Assembly: GCA_951406725.2 (NCBI GenBank)
Contig: OX597838.1
Location: 20,026,001 to 20,090,000 of the forward strand
Origin: Octopus vulgaris
Lineage: Eukaryota
Length of the DNA stretch: 64,000 nucleotides
Direction: 5' to 3'
Shown: one piece after another, positions 11,870-24,600 of the stretch
Layout: the number at the start of each line of letters is the position of its first letter
Position numbering within the stretch: position 1 is the stretch's first letter
Notes under the pieces: generated by a model
Databases searched by the model: none
Told to the model about the DNA's origin: nothing
Seen by the model: the letters and a program-made list of their open reading frames with translations, nothing else
Program-made: the position numbers and the translations under genes

Positions 11870-12808
11870 TATATATATGTGTGTGTGTGTGTGCGTATAT
11901 ATATATGTATATATAAAGAGAGAGATATGAGGACCTCGTATTTCGGGCGTTACACTCATGGTCACGAGATCATGGGTTCAGTTCCCAGACCGGGTGGTGC
12001 GTTGCGAGCACTTCCGACATCTGACGTGGGGCACACTGTGCATCTGTACAGATAATGTCACTTTGATGGAGGGAGGGAGCTTATGTACGTACAGCACAAA
12101 CGTTTGATCACCCTAAACAAATCATCTGTGCAGATTGTTCAGCAAAAATTGTAGAACCCCCATCTGTTGTCTACAACGGGTGAGTCCATGATGATATATA
12201 TATATAATCAATAGTATTAAATTATATAGAATACTTGTATAATGATTTATATTTTAGTAATAAAATATTGTCAGCATAACAAGAAAATAGAGTAAAGGCT
12301 TCATAGGAAATAAGAAATAAAAATATGAACAATAATGATTAAATATTAATATATATTAGTATACTAATAAATACAAATGTATATCGGTATACTAATAATG
12401 ATCAATTTACATTAGTATATTTGTACATACCAGCATACAGTATGTAGATAAATACCAATTTCCATGAGTATACCGCAAAAAAACAATCATATACTAATAT
12501 ACTAGTAATATACTAGTAACCAGAAATATTCATATAGTATGGTGATAAAATTAAATACGTCAAATCAAAAGGAAAATGTGTGTGTATATCTCCACCACCT
12601 GTGTGTGTGTGTGTGTATACCCATGGAACATGGATATTAAACGATGATGATGATACACACATATATACACATTTGCATTCACACACCTACACACAGAGTT
12701 TCATGAGTGTATTTAAAGAAACAATGAGTGACATTAGTATATATAGAGGTAAATACAACACATGCCTACATGAATATATATGTATATAATGTAGGTGTGT
12801 ATGTGTAT

Positions 12809-12842
<34 letters not shown>

Positions 12843-13818
12843 TGATCAACTACTTGATTTCTTTTGTATTGGTCTGTATTGGAATAAAATGGCCATAATT
12901 AGATGAACTGACTCAAATACCATCACTCCTCACTTGCCCTAGGAACAAACTCAATTTAAGTGTGTATGTATGTATATATATACATACATTCGTGTGTGCA
13001 TATGTGCATGTGTATGTACCTACATTACATATATATATATAAGAAAAAAGGAAATAAACAATTATCTTATGAATGTCATTGGTTTACAGTTGTTTCTGCT
13101 ACAAAATACAGTGGAGGGCTCATCAGAGTTGAGTGCTTGAGTAACACCTTATAGCTTCATCAGAGCTCCGAATATGAAGTTCATAAGACAATCGTTTATC
13201 CCTTTGTCATCTCATTTTCCTATTACCGCTCTGTATTCAACTAATGCTTCGTTCAGAGGCACACATGTATTGAGTTCTACACCAGGTTACTAGTATCACC
13301 ATGCCTAAACAATATATATATATATATATATGAATTTACATGCACAGACACACAAGTATAAAAGAATCGTGGCGAGAAAGAAGTAATATTAATAAATGCA
13401 TCTCTTCTTATCACATGTTTGGTTGTTCAAAATGTGATTGTATTATATACGTGGCTTGTTCTTAAATGATGTTTGACATGTTAGTGTCTACATGTCCATG
13501 TTTGAGATTTGTCTGCCATCATTATCATCAGTCACATCATAGCAGTGAAATGAAAGAATTAGTAGAATCGAAAAAAAAAAAAAAAAAAAGGAAATAAAAT
13601 GGAAGGAAGACCATGGTTAAAAGATTAAAAAAAAAAAAAAGACGCATTGGAACATGTCCCAGTGATATTACTGGTATTAGAAACAATAGACAGTAAAGTG
13701 AACTGATCTTGAAAACATGTCGTTGTTACATAGAACGTCCCGAGTCGTCCCTGCTGTTGCAATACGTAATATATTGCTACCACTGTACACATATCTCTCC
13801 TGCCGAGAGAACTGTTTT

Positions 13819-13913
13819 TCAAAGGTTGAAGTTTTCATGACAATTACTGACAAGGAAACGGAGGGCTGTTTGGAGCTCAAGGCCATTCATTAACGGCTCA
13901 TTCCGGAATGGTT
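13819..13913 (-). CDS. DUF3715 gene last coding exon (predicted)
   Basis: Strong acceptor TTCTTCTTCTGCAG; in phase 1 reads (E)PFRNEPLMNGLELQTALRFLVSNCHENFNL then TGA at 13821-13819. Confidence 0.65.
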
Positions 13914-14586
13914 CTGCAGAAGAAGAATTGAAAAATAAAGTCAATTAATAAATAAACAAAGAGACAAGTAAACAAAATTTAATTGGCTTTGGGTAAAAGA
14001 AAATACAGGAGGATCAGTTAATTATGATTTTATTTAACATATTCCCATCTTAGATTCACGGTACCCTTTAAGCCTGACACTTTTCGGCACCACCTCATAT
14101 ATACATATATAAATAGATGTGTGTATTTTTCCCTTGTTAATTAACAGGGAAAAAATAGATAAATAGTTACCAGGGTAGCAAAAAAATCACACAAGTAAAG
14201 AGGTTGTAACTCCTTGTTTTTAAAGGTAGAAAGAGGTTGTAACTCCTTGTTTTCAAAGGTAGAAACTTCAGGTTTACATGAAATTTTTTGTATAATATAT
14301 AAATAAATAAATGGAGTTTTGTCGGAAGTAAAAGTATTTGAATTACACCTGTGTTAAACTCTATTTATTTATATAAATATAAAAAGTTAATCCAAACAAG
14401 AAAGTACAAAAAAACACAACAACGCGAGGACGTGGAACAAATATAGTATTATTGGACGCTCAGGAAAGAAGGAAAGGAGGGTTTAATGTTTCAAGCCGAG
14501 TTCTTCGTTGGAAACATAGGAAAAGGAAAGATCCAGAGAAGGGAAGACAAAGGAAAAAAAATCGCCAACGGTACGCATGCGGTCAC

Positions 14587-14618
<32 letters not shown>

Positions 14619-15580
14619 TAGGGTCAACATATTCCCCTCTCAGATTCACACATTTATATCAGTGGTCCTTCAGTTTTTCTAAGCCCTGTAAAAGAACTCG
14701 GAAGGTTGGGCCTCCAACCAAGCCCTTCACAGTACCCTTAAAGCCAGGAGCTTTTCAGCACCCTCTTGTATATACACACAACCGACTTTAGTTTCCACTG
14801 ATTTTGAGGGAGATTTGGTGGATGGAAACTCCATCATATGTATATGGAAAGTACTTGCGCCTCCTTAGATAGTTAAGAAGGCAAATCTTTGGGCCTGAGG
14901 CTTTAGTAGAAGACATTTGCCCAAGATGCAGCATCATGGGACTGGACCTGAAACCACATGGTTAGGAAGTGAACTTCTAACCCACGTGGCCACACCTGTG
15001 CCTATAAAGTGAAAGGCTGCCTGTGGGATTAGAACCCACAACCAAGGCAATTTGGTTTGTATTATGGAATCCTACACTGAGGCAAAATTTTCAGTAATGC
15101 AATGCTTTTGTAATATGAGCTGTGCCTGAAAGGGTTTTGTGTTTGCTCCAGCTGGCCTGGCCAACAACAACAGCAACAATCTTCAGGTTTCATTTCTTAC
15201 TTCACAGAGGAAAGTGTAAGGATGACTATCCAGCCTATCAGCTAGCAATATGAATAATTACCTAGATATACTATGTCTGAATAAAAACAGAAAGACATGA
15301 TGGTCATGGTTGGAACACTTTTGATCATAAGTCTGCTAGATCAAAGCTAAACTAAGGCTAAACAACAATTATAAGTCAAACCAAGTTACTTGGGTTATTA
15401 TGAATGGTGACTTGATCAGGTGCAGGTGTGGCTGTGTGGTAAGAAGTTTGCTTCCCAACCACATGGTTCCGGGTTCAGTCCCACTGCATGGCATCTTGGA
15501 AAGTGTCTTCTACTGTAGCCTTGAGCCATCCAAAACCCTGTGATTGGATTTGGTAGATGGAAACTGAAAGAAGCCCATTG

Positions 15581-15618
<38 letters not shown>

Positions 15619-18600
15619 GAACATTGCTATTGAGAGAAACAGTGACTATGTTGAGAAGTAGGGATGTGATCCACAGAGGACCAGCTTCATTTTGATGTAT
15701 GAGGGGTCTTGAGCCTCAAAAAAAAAAAAAACATAGTACAAGACTTCTGATGATTTATTTTTCAACATAGTCCCCCTTGATGGCTGATGACTTCCTCCAG
15801 CAGTGCTGAAGCACCATTATCCCAGCGTAGAGGAACTCCTTTGTTTGAAACTCCAAGAAACTTCCTACAGCACCTATGATGTCATTGTCACTGGCAAAAC
15901 GGGGTCGATCTAATCAACTTACCCACCACTCCCAAACTTCCTGGCTTTGTGCTGAAATTGGAGACCAATATTTATGCAATTGTATGCTCAGGTATACATG
16001 TAGGATGAAAAGGGGAGATGAAATGAGGAAATGAAATAGTAAAGGATACAAACCTGAGCTGGTCATGCCCATAGAAAGCTGGCTGTTTGGAACTAAGGGA
16101 GGCGGAGGGAGAGCATTGCAGTCTTTGTTTTCCTTGAAAATTAAAAGAAATTAATCAATTAATTAACCTAAATAGCTATACAGGGTGTTTTAGTTTTAGA
16201 CAAAAAGTTAACCATAAGGGAAAAGGAGTAGTGGACATTAAATAAATCAACTCTTAAAATCAACTTCTTATAATGTTTCAAATGTTAATTAACTAACTTT
16301 TATAATGTTTTATAATAAACTAACGTTTATAATCTGTTGTGTCTGGGGAGAGTCATTTTCTTTTTGTGCCTTATAATAAGTGGAAATTTTACCGGTGAGT
16401 GTGTTACATTATAAGGCACAAAAAGAAACTGACTCCCCCCAGACACAACAGAATATGCTTCAACACTTGAACTCATATAAAGAATCTTGCAAACAAAATC
16501 CAAAAACGAAATAACGTTTATTATGTTAATTAACTAACTTTTTCAGTGACATGTATGGCTGTGTACTTAAGAAGTTGGTTTGCTAACCATGAGGTTTTGA
16601 GTTTAGTCCCACTACACAACATCTTGGGCAAATGTCTTCTACAACAGTTTGGGGTTGACTAAGAGTTTGTGACTGGAATTATTAGATGGAGAACGAAAAA
16701 GTCCCCTGTGTATGTGTGTGTGCGTGCCTGTGTGTGAAGGTGTGTAGCCTAGTGGTTAGCGAGTTGCAGTTATGATTGCAAGATCATGGTTTCAATTCCT
16801 GGACAAGGCAGTGTGTTTGTGTTCTTCATTTCAGTTTTAAATGCGCTTCCCTGTGAAGGGCTGGCATCCAGTTTTATGTGAATGCCATGATTTCAGTCAC
16901 CTAACCTTTGAGGTAGCATTATTCACAAATCTACAACAATTTGAAGAAGCACATTGTGACCAGCTGTGTATAACAACATCAGATAGTCTGATTGATAATG
17001 TGATATATATATATATATATATAAATCTTATAAGCAAATGAAAGACGTGTAATGGTGAATAAATAATACCAAAAAAATTCCCAGTTTCTCGTTTTGTTAT
17101 ACAATAACTCTGCAAATAATATTTCCATAATTCTCCATTTTAATATGTATTTTGAACTAATGCACAGCAGCAACTGAGACTACATATTGGATAGTAATAA
17201 TAGAATAATTAGCTGTGCTTCAAGAGGAAACATCTGGAATTTATCCTAACTAGCGATACTATATATATAATATACACACGCCCATACATACACACACACA
17301 CATACATACACATATATATGTGCATACATATACATACATACAAATATACGTACATATACATGTATATATATATACACACATATATATACATACATATACA
17401 CACACATGCATACACATATATGTGCATACATATACATACAAATATACGTACATATACACACATATATACATATATGTAAACACACACACACAGACACATA
17501 TACACACATACACATATATATAAATATACAATAAGATATGAAATAAATAACCCTTAGTAATATGCAATTGTTTTACAGGTTCCCCTAAAGCTGCTATCTG
17601 GTGGACATATCCAAGAATTCTTGGAAAAGAATTAGAATAAAATTGTTGGAAAAATATGCTTACAAGAATATTTTTAACAGTGCTTCTATGTCCCTGGATG
17701 GCTTTGAGACTCTTGACAACGAATTCCTTATCTATATCTTTAATCACATCAGGATTTGCATTCATATAGTCCAAGCAGCATTGATATTTTCTACAGGCTT
17801 TCTCGATGAGTCGCAAACGTTTTCTGTTTAGGAGACCAGTAAAATTCTCCAGAACACACTTGCGGCGCTCATGCAGGTTTATTTTGGTTGCCTGTAACGT
17901 TTGGAATTTCGGAGCATCATTGTTCTTCTGAGCGAGTTGCACCTCGCAGTTAATGTGATCGAGCACTTCTCGTAAAGTTACCAAACGCTCGACTGATTTG
18001 GTAGGAATCTTTCGCATAAGAATAAGGAAACAGCCTTCTGATGAGTACAGACTGTCTTTTTCTTCAGCCAGGAGAAGACTAAGGGGAATCTTCTGGTGTG
18101 GAATTCCGATGCCATTCTTTTCTGCTGCTGAGATCATGTTGGCTCGAACTTTATGCACGGCACGTCTGACCTCAGGGTCTGTAATATTAGCATCCTCTTG
18201 CATCTCTACGTTGTTTGTGCTATTGCTGTCATCATCTGAATCTTCTTGTGCCTCAGAAGAGGACAGTGAGTTATGGAGTCCCTCCTCCTCTGGTCGACGT
18301 TTCAACCATATGTTTTGCAAGAACTCTATGGAGTCAGACATAGACTTCAAAGAACTACAGATAGGAATACTGTCTAAATTAAAAGCTGCTGATTCGGAAG
18401 AAGAAGAAGGTGGCGGCATAGGTATTTTGGGAAACAAATTTGTTGGTTCGTTACCATTATTATTAATTGTTGGTGCCTGTTTCAATGCTTGCAACTGACT
18501 TTGAATTTTCTTTCGAATCTTTTTTCTTCTTGTTTTTGACATTGTATCGAATCGTGTGTCTAATGATACACCGAGGGTTTTCTTAATAATATTGTATTCA

Positions 18601-21600
18601 GAACAGCCTTGTTCGACAAACATCTGAACATATTCATCTATAGTATCAAAGGAGCTGCATTTCTTCTCCTCTTCTTCTTCCAGAGGTTCTTTCAACTGCT
18701 TGGCAGTTTGTTCCAACAGTTCTTCATAGCTTATATCTTCAACCTCCGCCTTAAGCTTTTTCTTCTTGCTGTTAGAGAAAGGAATCGAACCATCTTCTAA
18801 CCAAGAGGATGCATCACCAGGGAACGGTTGTTTCCCTCTGTAAGCTCTCCCACCCAGTTCTGATTTAGGATCCTTAGTTGACAGCCTGTCGAAAACGCTT
18901 TTACCATGTTTAGGAAACCGTTGCATTGGGCCTTCCATTTCATTTGGAATCCAAGCATTAAATTGATTAAATTTGGTAACATTGCCAACCATATTATCGT
19001 TATCACAGTTAAAGGGGTCTCCTTTATCAGAGCAGTAACCACTACTGTTGCCAGGGAAGAAATTTTCTGATTGGTTATATTGGAAACCTTTATCATAGAA
19101 GTAGTCATCAGTTTTCTCATATAGGAATCCATCAATTTTATCCTGGCAGTAGTCATCTGGATTATGGGATGGTTCGTGTTTCTTGAATGAACGACGTCGC
19201 GTTCTCTTAAAAGGATATTTATTTGACTTCCCGCGAGGATAATTTTCAGATTTTCCTCTGGGAAACTTTTTATGCTCCTCATTATAATAACCATCAGATT
19301 CCATTTCGTAGTTTTTAGAATCTTCTGGCAAGCAATTGCCCATTTTATTCGGAGGGAATGGTGCAAACTTGCCCCCATGCGGATAATGACCACGTTTTCC
19401 ATGGTAGTTCTTAGGTTTCCCTCGCTTATTGCCATCGGATCGACCACAAGAATAATTTTCCATTTGGTTATGTGGAATATCCTCAGGCATATTGTATGGG
19501 AAGCTATCATCATGTTCTGGTGGATAATTATCCATCTGATTCATTGAATAACCTTCAGGTTGAGGGAAAGGACAGTCTTCCATTCTGTTGTGTGGAAATG
19601 GCTCAGCTCTTTTTAAAGGAAAACAGTTACGCGAGAAACCTTCAGGTTGTTCAATCGAATAATTATCCATACAAGCATGTCGATATCCATCAGGCTTATT
19701 TTCCATATCCCATGGCATATCTCTTGGTGGTCTGCCAGGATTAGACTCATAGAACCTCTCATCGTTTGGATGGTCCCTTTTATCATGCCACCATCGCTCC
19801 CTTGGGTAGTTATCAAGTGATTCCGACCGTCTCAAAGGCTCAAAACTTTCTTTTGCATTCATATCACAATCATCATCCTCATCAAGTAGTTCTCCTTCTT
19901 CTAGCTCTGAGTCACAATTCTGTTCATTCTTCTCATCATCACCATCATCTTTTCCTTCTACTTCTTCTTCTTTCTTTGAAGACTTCTTTGACTTACTGCC
20001 ACTGTTTGTTCGAGCTACATTGGGCACGTCAGTCTTTTCGCTGCCCTTCTGTTTATAATTAATCACTATAGGAGGAGCATCACTGCTTCGACCAGCTTTC
20101 TCTTCTGCCTCTGTCTTCACAGGTTTCCAAAGATTCTCGGCCCATTTTTTCTCAGAGGATTTATGATGCTTTGATCGGCTAGAACTTTTTTCCCCAGATG
20201 ATCTTTTGCTGCCTGACTTCTGCTGTTCTTTCTTGGCCCACGCAGCTCTCTCTTTGTCGGACATAGCAGACGTCTTTCCCGCAGGCAGATCTCCACTGCT
20301 TTCAGAAGGCTGTGATGCCAGTTCCTTCTTGATTTTTTTCACCGATTCCAACAGTGCTTGGAGATCAGATTTATGCTGCTTCCGTTTTGAAAACTGCTTT
20401 GCTAGTTCTTTGAGGAGTTTCCTGTTAGATTCCGGCAAAGAAGCTTCTTTTAGCTTTCTTGAATTAATAGTAGATATCTGAACAGACTTTGGAATCGGAT
20501 GCGACGAGTCATCATGCTTGCTTCGTTTAGACTGTTTACTTTTTGAGGAATTGGATGATTTGCTCCTTTCTTTACTGCTTCGTCTTTTCTTGGCGCCCAT
20601 ATATGATAAAAGTTTGGATACTTCGTTATTAATATCATCTGATGCTGCATTATCAGAGAGCAGATCCACATCCTGCGAGGCATTAAGACCTTCAGTTGCA
20701 GACGTGTGATCATCAGTACTCTGCTTTGAGGTGTCAGAAATTGTACCAGCAGCTGCATCATTCTCATTATCACAATCATTACTGTCTACTGAACTCAGTT
20801 CTTTTCTAGAGGCTTTACTATACGCTGGTATAGCAATCTCGGGCATTGCATTGCTGTTAAAGGAGTCTGGTATCATTGAAGGTAAAAACAGCTCGTTTGA
20901 GGAAGATTTTTTCATTTTCACATTCTCGGCCTTTTCAGCCAAACCATCTTTTGAAGATTCCGAAGATTGAGAATGATCAAGACATGATAAAGAGGAAAGC
21001 TCCAAAGTTTTATCAGTTGGACTATAACAAGAAGACCTGCTTAATTCACATTTTTCTTTCTCCCGATCTTTAGTAGACTGCAATTCTGAAATTTCCAAAT
21101 TTGCATTTTCAGAGTCATTGGAAGCATCTGGTTTCGAATTTCTATTTGAATCTGTCTCTTTGGAAAGAGTTTCTAATTCTGAGCTACTTGCAGTCACAGC
21201 TTTTTTAGCAGGATCTGATGATGATGTTGATGGTGAAGATAATGATGATGTTGATGATTGAGCAACATTTACAGATGACATCTGGCTTTTGGGATTGATT
21301 TTGTCAGCAAACCAATCAACTAAATCATTTTGTCTTGGGACCATTAGAGGGTTAATGGGTCTGTTCAGTAAGAGTGGATTTGTTGCAGTTAAACCTGAGC
21401 CAGGAAATCCAACAGGGAATGGCATACTCTTGCTCAATAGCGACTGAGACATGCTGAGTGCGGGAGACCAGAGAAGCTGCTGTGAATGGAGGGAAGTAGC
21501 CAAATGTGAGGTTGAGGGAGGAATTGACCAGTCAATGTTTTTCAATGGGTTTGAAGATACCAAAAATGGTGACGGTGTGGGAAGCCAGTTTGGTGGAGGA

Positions 21601-24600
21601 AAGAGTTTCAAAGAAGAGAAAGCAGTGGGTGATTGAGATCTAGCTCTTTTCACTGATGTTCGTTTCTTTGCTGGTCTAAGGACTGGTATAGCCTGACCTG
21701 ACATACATTCATCTATTTGGTCGTCACCATCGTTACCAGCGTTCGTCATACTGTTCATTTCATCAGTTGTCTGGTGAGTTGTACTGTGCATATCAGTTAC
21801 CGTTTGGTTTTTCTTATTTGCTACATTTGAATCAGCAGTGGTTTTGTTGAAATCTTCTTTTCCTCCTCCTTGAATCTTCAACACAGTTTCAGTGAAATGC
21901 TTCCCCCTCTCCTCCTCAACCCCACACTTGGACTCCACAGCTGACTCACTCTTTTTTCCATTGCTGTCAGCTTGCCCTTTATTGTTCGTATCACAATTTG
22001 GGCTGACCGGTGAGTTGCTGTCCTTACTTCCTTTCACAACTTTGCGCAGCATGTCCATCATTTCATCCGATATGTTCAACGACGACACAGCTTTCGCTTG
22101 GCTCAATGTTGTCAGACTCTTCATCCAAATATGAGAAGTGTCGTTTGACGAGTCTTCGTGTCCTTTGTACTCGTAGGCACTAAACAGTTTGCCAGGATCA
22201 GAAGACGATGCTTTTTCCGAACCTTCATCTTTCGCTTCTGATGGAGAAACTGATCCAAAATCTTCATTTAAGGACTGGAAAAGGTTTTTGGCTTTTTCAT
22301 GAGATTTTTGTTGGTGAGACAAGTTTTTCTTATCTGACTCACTCTTACTGGCTTTACCACCATGCATAGAAGGCAGTTTCCAACTTGTTGCATCACAACT
22401 GTCATCATCATCATCATCATCATCATAGCTGTCAAGAGATTTTAACATCTCTTTAATTGGAGAAAGCCGATGATCATTATTATCTGAATGTGTACCGCTA
22501 GCACTTTCATCAATATACAAAGGCTTCGTAAGGTCTTCGTTGGAATTATCACTATCGTCACTATCCGCATTCATGCAGTGTCCGGGTGAGAATGCTCTCA
22601 TGCTACTGTTTCTTTCTGAATTCAATTTGCCCTCACTGCCAGGTTTCTGCTTTGAGACCAAAAGCTTCGAGTCTTCCTCTGACACTGAGTTTGTGTCATC
22701 AGATACAGATTTTCGTGGCAACATCTCTCTATAGAATCCCCAGGTTTTATGATCATTTCCAGGTTCGTTTTGTGGAACAGACTTCACTTTGGCTGGTTCT
22801 TCATTTCTCTCTGGTGAAACTGGAGAATACATTTCCCCTTTCTCAAGTGAAATAGAAGTTGAGGGCTTGAAGCCCTTAATTATTTCTTTAGAAAATTTGG
22901 CATAATCTGGGATGTTATCTTTAGAATGTGGCTTTTCTTCAAAAGAAAGTTTGGGAATTGCAGGAGTTACATCTTTATTAATAGGGATCACCGACAGCTG
23001 TTTAGGTTCATATATGGGTTTTGGTTTATCAACTGAGGTTTGGATGATACACAGATTCCATGGTTTTTTGCTGATAACTGTTTTAGAAGAGCTTGTCATA
23101 TCTTTGCTAATGTGTGCAGATACGTCTTCAATTTCCTCACTGTTGATCTTCACTGGATTATATAAGTCTGCTGGCGATTCCTGTAATAAGAGAGGTTTGC
23201 CAGATTTATTGCCATCGTTTGTTAAAGGATTACTTGACAAATCTCGGTTCATACGCAAAAGTCTTGGATCCCTTGGTAAAGAAGGGTCATGTATTGATTC
23301 CTCTTTCGATGAATGTATATCTTGTGATGCTGGTGGTTGGGAAGGTGGGCCTTTAGAGACAGCCAGAGATAGATTTTTAGCAAGTCGGGGGTCAACAAGA
23401 CCAACTTGTTCCCTAGGGTCTTTCAAAGAAACTGTTACTGAAGTAGGTATAGTTTTAGGGAGAGCAGAAGGTTTTTTAGATAAAGGTTTGTTTTTAGGAA
23501 ATATTTTTGGGTCATCCCTTACAGAAGAGAGTGGCTTGTTGGTTGATGGAATAATTTTAGGGGATTGGGGAATAATTTTGGGAGACTGTGGGGTAGATTT
23601 ATTCAGTTGAGGATTACCTTTCAATAATGGGACTGATTTCTGTAGTGATGGCATTAGCAATGGAGGTAAAGGTGGATTTACAGGTAGTAAAGGTGGAATT
23701 ACAGGTAGTAAAGGGGGTATACTCAACGGCAATATCGGATTCACATTCATTAAGGGAGGAATAGCCTTTTGTATTGGAAGAGGAAGCTTTGGTAGGGGAA
23801 GAGGCATCTTCAGAGGTGGAGGTTCCTTTTGAGAGCCAACCAATCTTGGATCTCGGAAATTAGGTGTAACCAAATTACTGAACAAATTTGGTGGTTCAAT
23901 GTCTTTGGGGGTTTCTAAGAGGAGTTTCTCCGGTTTTGGTTTCTCAAATATTGGTGGCTCCTTTTCTGCTGGGAAGATATCTTGCAATGAATCAAAAACA
24001 TTCATTTTCTCTCGAGGCGGGGATTTGGGTTTTAACCGTTTCTCTTTGTAAGCTTCAAAGGATATGACAGACTTAGGCTTTTTCGGTTCTGTGACAACAA
24101 TAGGAGGTGGCTCAATTATTGAATCAAGAAGGAGGTCAACCTTCAAAGATTGGTCTGTAGCAGGGAAAGTGGAAGGAGTTATTCCAGTGCCTTTAGTCAG
24201 TGGTTCAGCTCGAGGTGTTTTCATGATGCTTTTCGGAACAGTAGTAGCAGTAGTAGTAGTACTAGTAGTGGTACTAGCAGTAGTAGTGGTAGCTTTTGCA
24301 AGGGTACTTGTGTTGCTTTTGCTTTGAAGAGATGATGTTGATGAGAGAGGATGTGTAGATGTGGTTGGTTTTTTGCTGGGAACAGATGTAGTTGATAGTT
24401 TCTTTTCTTTGTCAGGTTTTGAAGTTGTCGAAGTAGAAGAAACCTTTTTATCTATACCAAGTTTCTTTTCCTTCGGAGGACTTTTGCTAGAAAATTTGTC
24501 TTTTGCTACTTTGATTTTCTTTTTGAAAGAATCACCCGAAGAGAGTTTCAATAGTTTGTTGGCTTTTTCACATTTACTGACAAATTTTCTTTTGGCATCA

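Noticed and set aside
15696-15900. Mariner-like terminus (TATGAGGGG...TTTTCAACATAGTCCCC)
   Set aside because: Suggestive only; no partner end or readable transposase peptide found.
17259-17663. 135-codon extension of the 2533 aa ORF
   Set aside because: Lies beyond a GTAAGC donor and runs through a TA/CA microsatellite that lacks stops by composition.
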